Origin: a virus
Lineage: Duplodnaviria; Heunggongvirae; Uroviricota; Caudoviricetes
Reading direction: 5' to 3' (one strand)
IMG/VR virus record: IMGVR_UViG_2690316311_000021
DNA: 5,979 bases
Shown here piece after piece: positions 1-5,238 of the stretch (positions within the stretch are counted from its first letter, which is position 1; each line of letters begins with the position of its first letter). Below the pieces are notes generated by a model. It was not told the origin of the DNA, did not search any database, and was given only the letters and a program-made list of their open reading frames with translations. A program made the translations under genes and the position numbers.

Positions 1-84
1 TACAATCGTCAGCGTCGTCACTCTCGTCTGGGGAATATCTCCCCGGCAGCCTTCAGGGAAAAATATCATCAGATGGCTGCTTAA
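1..84 (+). CDS. IS3-family DDE transposase (OrfB), C-terminal fragment; 5' end lies outside the window
   Basis: Frame 1 is open from the window edge to TAA at 82-84 and translates to YNRQRRHSRLGNISPAAFREKYHQMAA, which fits the conserved C-terminal signature of IS3-family transposases (YN..R.HS.LG..SP..F). Recognised from memory of the family, not searched. Confidence 0.7.
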   Translation, partial: YNRQRRHSRLGNISPAAFREKYHQMAA

Positions 85-127
85 AAAAAGAACAAATGGT
101 AGTGTCCGCTATTGCCAGTACACCTCA
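1..127 (+). mobile_element. Right end of an IS3-family insertion sequence (transposase 3' end plus terminal inverted repeat ending ...CCTCA at about 127)
   Basis: The reverse complement of 98-127 (TGAGGTGTACTGGCAATAGCGGACACTACC) shares TGA..TAC..GCAATAG.GGACAC with the IS3 terminal inverted repeat as I recall it (TGATCTTACCCAGCAATAGTGGACAC...). The element ends in CA, as IS3-family ends do, about 43 bp after the transposase stop. Confidence 0.6.
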
Positions 128-206
128 GTACTTGTTATTTCACCTTCAGCAAAATAATGATGCTTTTTCGCCATAAGTGGCCTTGCCCAGCCCGGATTCG
201 TTTTAC

Positions 207-563
207 TCACTTGTTGCCTCCTTTGCGAAGCTCTGCGACTAACTCGTCACATATGTGCGTCAAAGAGCAAAGTTTGATTGCTGGATGTTCGCGCACCATC
301 TCCACACCCTGCGCCCGCAATTCTGCCAGAAAAGCGTAGGGGTCAGTTTTTTCACTGTGGTACATGGCATCATAGATAATCATTGCAGCGACACCTGCCT
401 GTCCTGCATCTGTGACGGATATATGCTCAAGGGCTACGGCCATTGCGTGTTTCAACCTCTCATTTTCCACCTCAAGCACCACACGATTAGCCTCCAGCTC
501 TTCTATGCGTTTTTTTGCTGCTCCCAGCTCAACACGCAGCTCCTGATAGTTAATCTCGCTCAT
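207..563 (-). CDS. Hypothetical phage protein, 118 aa, with a predicted N-terminal coiled coil
   Basis: ATG at 563 is preceded by GGGAGGAAGGAGA (strong SD). Its start overlaps the stop of the upstream 74-aa ORF in an ATGA arrangement. N-terminal sequence is a heptad-like E/L/R-rich stretch (ELRVELGAAKKRIEELEANRVVLEVENERLK). No family recognised. Confidence 0.6.
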   Translation of the reverse strand: MSEINYQELRVELGAAKKRIEELEANRVVLEVENERLKHAMAVALEHISVTDAGQAGVAAMIIYDAMYHSEKTDPYAFLAELRAQGVEMVREHPAIKLCSLTHICDELVAELRKGGNK

Positions 564-784
564 TCTCCTTCCTCCCGCACTGCTGTTTTATATGCCCGAA
601 GCACATGCGATGTTTTTCCTGACACAGTGCTTCTCAGAAAGAAAATTCCACTGGTGTTTATTACCAGATACGGGTCAGCAAGACGCAGCATATCCAGTAT
701 GTGATTATGTTTTCTTGTTTCCAGCACCGTACTGGAAATAAGCATATGTGACACGGGGCCGAAATCATGATATCTGATTTTCAT
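560..784 (-). CDS. Hypothetical small protein, 74 aa
   Basis: ATG at 784 with a modest SD (AGGGTGA). Stop overlaps the start of the 118-aa gene (ATGA), and it sits 21 bp downstream of the preceding gene in the same operon. No family recognised. Confidence 0.5.
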   Translation of the reverse strand: MKIRYHDFGPVSHMLISSTVLETRKHNHILDMLRLADPYLVINTSGIFFLRSTVSGKTSHVLRAYKTAVREEGE

Positions 785-805
785 ATCATCACCCTGCTGT
801 AAAAA

Positions 806-1504
806 TTACCCGTTATCTCCTGTCGTTATTTTCTGTATGACATCACGATGCTTATTAATTTCCCGCAGCGCGGCGCATAAGCGCTCCCACTTCTGAACCT
901 GACCTTTTGCCCGGCGCAGCTCGCGGTTAGCCACATGCAGCGATGGTAAAATCAGACCATCCGGATGCTTTCTGATGAACGACGACTGTGACTGCACTGT
1001 GACCGCCACACTTTCAGTTTTAATTTCTTCCTGTGTTTCCGCTTCCCGGACTGGTAACGCAACACCTGCCGGCTGAGGAAAGGCTTTACCATCGGTTTCC
1101 GTTACCGATGCAGCTTTCGGCTCTGCCGGTAAATTATCGCCCGGTATGCAGTAACGATATTGACCGTCCTGATTTACGCGAATCAGACGACCTTTGCTGA
1201 CAGCCATCGCCAGTGATGAATTCGCCCGGCGGGAGGTAATCCCGAACATTAACGCCAGTTCGTCAGCCGACTGAGGACCATGCTGTTCAATCGCGTTAAT
1301 CAGCATCTCTGCAGTGGTTTTTGGGGCCGCTTCAGTTGCCTCACTCGTCAGCCACCACATCGACCCCTTGTTATCAGCTTCGCCACGACGCTTCAGCTTC
1401 CAGAGTTCGGTAACAGCATCGTCACGGCTGATTTCAAGACGGGCTGCAATCTCGTGCGACGAGGCTTTTTTCAGTGCTTTCAGTGCGTCAAAAACGGTTT
1501 CCAT
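806..1504 (-). CDS. Hypothetical protein with two predicted winged-helix-like segments and a C-terminal coiled coil (232 aa from ATG 1504; the ORF stays open to ATG 1570, 254 aa)
   Basis: Internal ATG at 1504 has a near-ideal RBS (GGGAGGAAAATTTA-ATG). ATG at 1570 has only AGGA at 2-nt spacing and would overlap the P-like gene by 32 bp. Two segments ([35 protein letters not shown] and [43 protein letters not shown]) look like wHTH recognition units. Confidence 0.65.
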   Translation of the reverse strand: METVFDALKALKKASSHEIAARLEISRDDAVTELWKLKRRGEADNKGSMWWLTSEATEAAPKTTAEMLINAIEQHGPQSADELALMFGITSRRANSSLAMAVSKGRLIRVNQDGQYRYCIPGDNLPAEPKAASVTETDGKAFPQPAGVALPVREAETQEEIKTESVAVTVQSQSSFIRKHPDGLILPSLHVANRELRRAKGQVQKWERLCAALREINKHRDVIQKITTGDNG

Positions 1505-1538
1505 TAAATTTTCCTCCCGGTAAAAATTACTTCTCAAC

Positions 1539-2201
1539 TCAGACAAAACCGGCCGCCTTCCGGCGCTCATATTCCTGTTTCAGCAATTCAATTGGCGTTG
1601 GCCCTGGCGGGCGTTTGGGTGCTGCCAGTTGTCGCCGGACTGGCGGAACACTGAGGCCATTACCAACATGCTTTGCCCATTTCGTCAGCTGCCTTTCCAC
1701 AAGCCGTTTTAACTCCCCTTCGGTCATCTGGCGCTCAATCCCCTTTGAACGCATCTCGAGGCAAATGTGGTACAGCACCGGCTGTGGCCACGGGTATTTA
1801 TCACTCCCGTCGTACCGCCAGGATTCATTCCTCCAGCGACGGTATTCCTCCATCACGGCATCCACCGTCAGGCCAAATGGATTTGCCCCGCTCTCCGAAA
1901 TCAACGCCACAAACTCAGCCAGATCCGGAGGCCACGTTTCACCCGCCCGGCAGCGGTCCATGCACCGACGGCAGATCTGCCGGATTTGCTGTTCAGTCAT
2001 CGCGCCAATCTGAGCAATCCAGAGTTTCGACGGCGCAGCCCCGTTCTTCTGAGTCCAGCGGTTCGAATACACCTCCCCCATAAGCTCCCACAGCTTCCAG
2101 GCCGTTTCCGTTGCTGATAAATCCGTTTTCACGTTCCCACTGTTCGCGTGCAGCCCGGATTTCCTGAACTGCCCGTGATGCGGTGCCACCTGGTGCTGCA
2201 T
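1539..2201 (-). CDS. Phage replication protein P-like (DnaB helicase loader); start uncertain (ATG 2201, 2081 or 2000)
   Basis: The C-terminal half resembles lambda P as recalled (ours ...[22 protein letters not shown]... / ...[23 protein letters not shown]; lambda P ...YPDAESYPWKSNAHYWLVTNLYQNMR... / EPVKQLPVMGGRPLNRAQAL). ATG 2201 has an AAGGGGG SD at 6-nt spacing but overlaps the O-like gene by 209 bp. ATG 2000 sits in a GATGACTGA coupling overlap with the O-like stop. Confidence 0.8.
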   Translation of the reverse strand: MQHQVAPHHGQFRKSGLHANSGNVKTDLSATETAWKLWELMGEVYSNRWTQKNGAAPSKLWIAQIGAMTEQQIRQICRRCMDRCRAGETWPPDLAEFVALISESGANPFGLTVDAVMEEYRRWRNESWRYDGSDKYPWPQPVLYHICLEMRSKGIERQMTEGELKRLVERQLTKWAKHVGNGLSVPPVRRQLAAPKRPPGPTPIELLKQEYERRKAAGFV

Positions 2202-3030
2202 GGCTTACCCCCTTGCTGACTGGTTTTACCTGTGCCCTGACGTGCTGCACGTGGCGGGCAAATTTCTGCTCCCACTGAACCTGCGTGAAAACCTTCCCCT
2301 CCGCCATCCAGTAATCCCGGAATGCGGCAAGCTCAGCAGGTGTAAACTCAGGCTCAGGCAGAGCCATACCCCACACTGCTGCCCGCTGTCGAAAATCCGG
2401 CGACGGTTGCCAGACTCCAGTCATCGGAAATTTCCCGATCGGTTCGCTCAGGCCGTCCAGGTATTCAGGTTCGGCTGTCTGCAACGACGCGTCATTCAAC
2501 TCACCGGTCGTAGCACTCTCGCGCATGCGCGCGTTATGTGTGGGGTTTAATTCTTTATCTGTATCTGTATCTGTCGTGATTTGTCGTGACATATGCGTGA
2601 CGCGTCGTGACTCATCGTGACAATCAGTGTTCTGCTTCCGCAGTCTTTCCCGCTCCCGCTGCGCTCTCTTGCGCTCTGCCGGGGATTTTGCGGTTTGCGA
2701 AACATTACCGTTATCCTCCTTCATCACCTGGCGTTTTTCCCATCCGGAAATAAGATCACCATCCAGAACTCGCCCCTGCATTGCATGCAAAATTGAATCA
2801 ATCACGTCTTCCGTCACATCAAGCGCACTTGCTAAATCTTCCGTCGTGACATCAATGTGACCACGTAGTGACACGCCGTGACATGTCGTGACATTTCGTG
2901 ACGCACTCACCAGAAGGTGGATATACACCGCCATCACTGTTGCGATTGGCTGTCCTGAGACCCTGGCAATGGTTCGCCATTTGGGATCATTTGGCATGTC
3001 ATGCCACAATCTGAGCCAGGCATTAGCCAT
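1993..3030 (-). CDS. Phage replication initiation protein (O-like replisome organiser, possibly with a DnaT-like C-terminal region), 345 aa
   Basis: The long ORF occupies the position immediately upstream of the P-like gene. ATG at 3030 is preceded by GAGGTGAGT (SD); the ORF track starts at GTG 3036. The coding sequence contains two phased GTGAC repeat arrays (see repeat features), as in lambdoid phages where ori lies inside the initiator gene. The DnaT-like assignment is from memory and tentative. Confidence 0.8.
   Translation of the reverse strand: MANAWLRLWHDMPNDPKWRTIARVSGQPIATVMAVYIHLLVSASRNVTTCHGVSLRGHIDVTTEDLASALDVTEDVIDSILHAMQGRVLDGDLISGWEKRQVMKEDNGNVSQTAKSPAERKRAQRERERLRKQNTDCHDESRRVTHMSRQITTDTDTDKELNPTHNARMRESATTGELNDASLQTAEPEYLDGLSEPIGKFPMTGVWQPSPDFRQRAAVWGMALPEPEFTPAELAAFRDYWMAEGKVFTQVQWEQKFARHVQHVRAQVKPVSKGVSHAAPGGTASRAVQEIRAAREQWERENGFISNGNGLEAVGAYGGGVFEPLDSEERGCAVETLDCSDWRDD
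2556..2573. repeat. (TATCTG)x3 hexanucleotide tandem repeat in an AT-rich tract next to iteron array 1; encodes TDTDTD on the minus strand
   Basis: Direct reading: tatctgtatctgtatctg. The surrounding 2541-2573 is AT-rich relative to the rest of the gene. Confidence 0.9.
2574..2621. repeat. Iteron-like array 1: five direct (T)CGTGA(C) repeats at 10-11 bp spacing; candidate replication-origin iterons
   Basis: CGTGA(C/T) cores start at 2575, 2585, 2596, 2606 and 2616 (gtcgtgat / gtcgtgac / gcgtgac / tcgtgac / tcgtgac). The repeats fall in all three codon phases of the O-like gene, which argues for DNA-level selection rather than an amino-acid repeat. Confidence 0.55.
2845..2902. repeat. Iteron-like array 2: six direct GTGAC repeats at 10-11 bp spacing
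   Basis: GTGAC at 2846, 2857, 2868, 2878, 2888 and 2898 (spacings 11, 11, 10, 10, 10). Same core as array 1, about 225 bp away, also inside the O-like gene and not in codon phase. Confidence 0.55.
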
Positions 3031-3098
3031 ACTCACCTCATCTGATACCGAACTTTACCCTCGAACATCCGGAATAAATCCGGCATGAATATTGTTGG

Positions 3099-3524
3099 TC
3101 AATGCACGACAACAGCATTACCAGGCTGACCACCACTGTTAGTCAGGGTGCCCCAGGCGATCGCCGCTGCGACAAAATCATCCACATCTTTCACCAGCCG
3201 ATCCCTCCGTTCGACGATCTCACGGTAATATTCAGAGCTGTGACTGCGCATACGGGCCACCAGCAGAGGCGGCATTGCCTTTTCGATCGCCGGTAACAGA
3301 GCCTGAATTTTTTCAACAGCATCAGGGGTGTCTTTATCCAGCCAACGGAAAATTTTCTGGGTATTACGAGCCAGGGCTTCCGGATGGCTGTCGTCGTACA
3401 GTTCCGGGAACGTCATCCCCAGCTCGAAATAAGTCCGGGCTATTTCAGCTGCAGGAACTTTCTCACCGTCCGGATAGGCCCAGGCATTGATCGCCATGCG
3501 GATGTGCTCATGTTTGATTTTCAT
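3099..3524 (-). CDS. ydaT: YdaT-family protein (DUF1019; proposed CII-like regulator in cryptic prophages), 141 aa
   Basis: N-terminus MKIKHEHI... matches YdaT proteins of Rac/CP-933P-type prophages as recalled. It lies immediately downstream of the cro-like gene, its ATG (3524) overlaps that gene's stop (ATGA), and it is preceded by an AAGGGGG SD. Confidence 0.75.
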   Translation of the reverse strand: MKIKHEHIRMAINAWAYPDGEKVPAAEIARTYFELGMTFPELYDDSHPEALARNTQKIFRWLDKDTPDAVEKIQALLPAIEKAMPPLLVARMRSHSSEYYREIVERRDRLVKDVDDFVAAAIAWGTLTNSGGQPGNAVVVH

Positions 3525-3748
3525 GAATCCCCCTTTCCTTCGCCCTGAGTGGTATCCTTCTTTTTGTAAAGTTCTGGGTTCAAAGATAATTTCCCCTTGG
3601 AGTATGCAGCAGCTTCCGCAGCCCTCCCCTTCGGAACTATTTCACCAGGACGCTTACGCCACATGTAAATAGCTTCGCGGGTTATCCCATAAAAATCGGC
3701 AACCCTCTGAACAGAACCAAAAAACTGGACAAGTTCATCAACTCGCAT
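3521..3748 (-). CDS. dicC: Cro-like HTH regulator, DicC/YdaS family, 75 aa
   Basis: Strong RBS (AGGAGG-TAAA-ATG). It is divergent from the repressor gene. The sequence LVQFFGSVQRVADFYGITREAIYMWRK has the same pattern as DicC (as recalled) and lambda Cro ([26 protein letters not shown]). Confidence 0.85.
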   Translation of the reverse strand: MRVDELVQFFGSVQRVADFYGITREAIYMWRKRPGEIVPKGRAAEAAAYSKGKLSLNPELYKKKDTTQGEGKGDS

Positions 3749-3758
3749 TTTACCTCCT

Positions 3759-3826
3759 AAATCTAAGTATTTTTAGATTACAAGATAATTTTTTTTAGGT
3801 CAATGCAATCTAAAATAATTTATATT
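3759..3826. promoter_or_regulatory. Divergent operator/promoter region (OR-like): operator inverted repeats plus candidate PR (leftward) and PRM (rightward) elements
   Basis: Inverted repeat ATCTAA(3761-3766)-6 nt-TTAGAT(3773-3778); second imperfect repeat TTTAGGT(3794-3800)...ATCTAAA(3808-3814). Leftward candidate promoter on the minus strand: -35 TTGACC (complement of 3798-3803), 17-bp spacer, -10 TAATCT (complement of 3775-3780). Rightward candidate -10 TATATT at 3821-3826 just upstream of the repressor SD. Confidence 0.5.
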
Positions 3827-3842
3827 CAATTTGCAGGAGAAA

Positions 3843-4490
3843 ATGATGGAAAGCCTTGGCATCAGGCTTAAGAGACTTAGAAAAGATAAGGGGCTGACCC
3901 AAGTAGAACTGGGTAAGCTTTCAGGCGTGACTGGGGTTACTATAGGGTACTGGGAGAAAGATCTAAACGAACCAGGTAGCAAAGCTCTAAGTAAGTTAGC
4001 CCAGGCATTAGGAACTACTGAGTCCTATCTCCTATATGGAGTATCGTCTCCTGAATTATCTTTTGTACAAAGTACCTCAGGCACCAAGATCCCCTACCTT
4101 TCGTGGGGTGAGGCGATTTCTTTCCTAATCTTAAAAGGAGAGAAAACAATGGGAAATGTCGATAGGATCACCACATTCTTTGATGTCGAGGAAGGTGATT
4201 TTGCCGTTTCAATGCCTGATGACACAATGCATAACCCATCAGGATCACCGAGTATCCCAGTTGGTGCTACTGTGATCCTAAGGCCAGGAGAAAGTTATAA
4301 AAATGGCAGCATCGTCGCTGTAATAGTTCCGGATCCGCTTAAAAATGAACCATCTATGACTATAAAGAAATTAGTTATTGATGGGAAGCTTGTGTATTTA
4401 AGCCCTCTCAATCCACGCTATCAGTCATCCTTACTTACACCAGAGTGTAAAATTGTTGCCGTAGCAAAAGGTGTACAGTTCAACTTATAA
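3843..4490 (+). CDS. CI/C2-type prophage repressor: N-terminal HTH (XRE) plus C-terminal S24 LexA-like peptidase domain (215 aa from ATG 3843; alternative ATG 3846)
   Basis: SD AGGAG at 3835-3839. The N-terminus (LTQVELGKLSGVTGVTIGYWEKDLNEPGSKALSKLAQAL) is a classic HTH. The C-terminal region aligns with lambda CI and P22 C2 as recalled: a Ser in ...FAVSM... corresponds to the catalytic Ser of GNSM/GDSM, ...MTIKKLVID... to the catalytic Lys (FTFKKLIRD), and ...YLSPLNPRY... to LQPLNPQYP. Confidence 0.9.
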   Translation: MMESLGIRLKRLRKDKGLTQVELGKLSGVTGVTIGYWEKDLNEPGSKALSKLAQALGTTESYLLYGVSSPELSFVQSTSGTKIPYLSWGEAISFLILKGEKTMGNVDRITTFFDVEEGDFAVSMPDDTMHNPSGSPSIPVGATVILRPGESYKNGSIVAVIVPDPLKNEPSMTIKKLVIDGKLVYLSPLNPRYQSSLLTPECKIVAVAKGVQFNL

Positions 4491-4510
4491 CCCGCCACGT
4501 CCTTTACTTG

Positions 4511-4537
4511 AGGTCGGCAATGCCGACCTTTTTTTTT
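4511..4537 (+). terminator. Rho-independent terminator downstream of the repressor gene
   Basis: Perfect inverted repeat AGGTCGGCA / TGCCGACCT (4511-4519 / 4521-4529) followed by a run of nine T (4529-4537), 21 bp after the repressor stop. Confidence 0.85.
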
Positions 4538-4542
4538 AAATT

Positions 4543-4587
4543 AATCTAGATTTATCTTGACTGAAAAACTAAATACTTTTAGATTTA
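4543..4587 (+). promoter_or_regulatory. PL-like rightward promoter with operator sites
   Basis: -35 TTGACT (4557-4562), 17-bp spacer, -10 TAGATT (4580-4585). Perfect palindrome AATCTAGATT (4543-4552) just upstream, and TTTAGATTTA (4578-4587) overlapping the -10. Both share the ATCTA/TAGAT half-site seen in the cro/cI intergenic region. Confidence 0.5.
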
Positions 4588-4765
4588 TTACATACCACCC
4601 TACCTCGCCCCACAGAACGTCGGGCAATACCTCGAGTTACCCGGCAGTGGTCAGGGGTTAAGTAGCCAGCCCGAGGCGTATGAACATGACGGCGGGAACA
4701 CTTTGTATAACAGCGCAGCAGGTTTTTAGTTCCGCGACCCGGCGTTAAGGGTAAATGAGGTCAAC

Positions 4766-4918
4766 ATGGATATGCTCAATCTTGGCAACAATGAATCTCT
4801 GGTGTGCGGAGTATTCCCCAACCACGACGGCACGTTTACCGCGATGACGTATACCAGAAGTAAAACGTTTAAAACCGAAGCTGGCGCGCATCGCTGGTTA
4901 GCAAGAAACGCTAACTGA
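4766..4918 (+). CDS. Small protein, 50 aa (MDMLNLGNNESLVCGVFPNHDGTFTAMTYTRSKTFKTEAGAHRWLARNAN); probable YdfA/YdaF-like (DUF1391) first gene of the PL operon
   Basis: ATG 4766 is preceded by GAGGT with a 5-nt spacer. It is below the ORF-track size cut-off. Its position (first ORF downstream of the repressor, upstream of DicF/dicB) and size match ydfA of Qin (51 aa); the family assignment is by context and not confirmed by sequence. Confidence 0.6.
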   Translation: MDMLNLGNNESLVCGVFPNHDGTFTAMTYTRSKTFKTEAGAHRWLARNAN

Positions 4919-5180
4919 TTAGCGCCAGTAAAAACAGGTTTCCACAGGTTAATTTACCCTGAAAAGTCAGGGCATAACACGAAAGCGCACGGCGAGATCC
5001 CTTTGCATATAAGTCTTGTCGTTAAATTTCTTCGACCGTGCGCTTCTGGTTGTGGCAATCCGCGAAATGGCGCGGCGGTAAGTATGGCGGGGTTATTCCT
5101 TCCCCCATTGAGGACACCGGGTTGTCAGGTTGACCATACGCTTAAGTGACAACCCCGCTGCAACGCCCTCTGTTATCAAT

Positions 5181-5238
5181 TTTCTGGTGACGTTTGGCGG
5201 TATCAGTTTTACTCCGTGACTGCTCTGCCGCCCTTTTT
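5181..5238 (+). ncRNA. dicF: DicF small regulatory RNA (antisense inhibitor of ftsZ translation), 53 nt plus U-tail
   Basis: 5181-5233 (tttctggtgacgtttggcggtatcagttttactccgtgactgctctgccgccc) followed by TTTTT matches the E. coli DicF sequence as I recall it, and lies immediately upstream of dicB as in Qin. Confidence 0.8.

Noticed and set aside
128-206. Possible intrinsic terminator after the 118-aa gene
   Set aside because: Only short 4-bp inverted repeats (GCCA/TGGC, AGCA/TGCT) with no clean stem plus U-run on the minus strand.
112-339. 75-aa plus-strand ORF
   Set aside because: It spans the IS terminal repeat and the 3' end of the minus-strand 118-aa gene, has no RBS and a low-complexity translation. 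Most likely an ORF shadow.
255-704. 149-aa plus-strand ORF
   Set aside because: It is antisense to two RBS-supported, translationally coupled minus-strand genes. Cys/His-rich translation with no start context.
2574-2902. GTGAC repeat arrays as a CRISPR array
   Set aside because: The repeat unit is only 5-7 bp at 10-11 bp spacing, with no spacers of CRISPR length, and the arrays lie inside a protein-coding gene.
3069-3083. Hairpin CCGGA-ATAAA-TCCGG as a terminator between ydaT and the O-like gene
   Set aside because: Only a 5-bp stem and no U-tract on the transcribed (minus) strand. Unlikely to be an intrinsic terminator.
1280-3088. Series of plus-strand ORFs (1280..1507, 1314..1523, 1474..2013, 1673..2083, 1767..2117, 2200..2550, 2627..2860, 2888..3088)
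   Set aside because: All lie antisense to the minus-strand replication operon. Their translations are Pro/Arg/Ser/Cys-rich, typical of shadow frames opposite real genes, and none has a convincing RBS.
3102-3672. Plus-strand ORFs 3102..3296, 3275..3490 and 3487..3672
   Set aside because: Antisense to the ydaT-like and cro-like genes, which have strong RBSs and recognisable folds.
3800-3982. 60-aa minus-strand ORF
   Set aside because: It overlaps the operator region and the 5' end of the repressor gene on the opposite strand, with no RBS.
4591-4765. About 180-nt leader between the PL-like promoter and the ydfA-like ORF as a possible additional sRNA or nutL site
   Set aside because: No boxA, no clear promoter-terminator pair and only weak imperfect hairpins (for example CGGGCAA...TTACCCG). 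Insufficient evidence from sequence alone.
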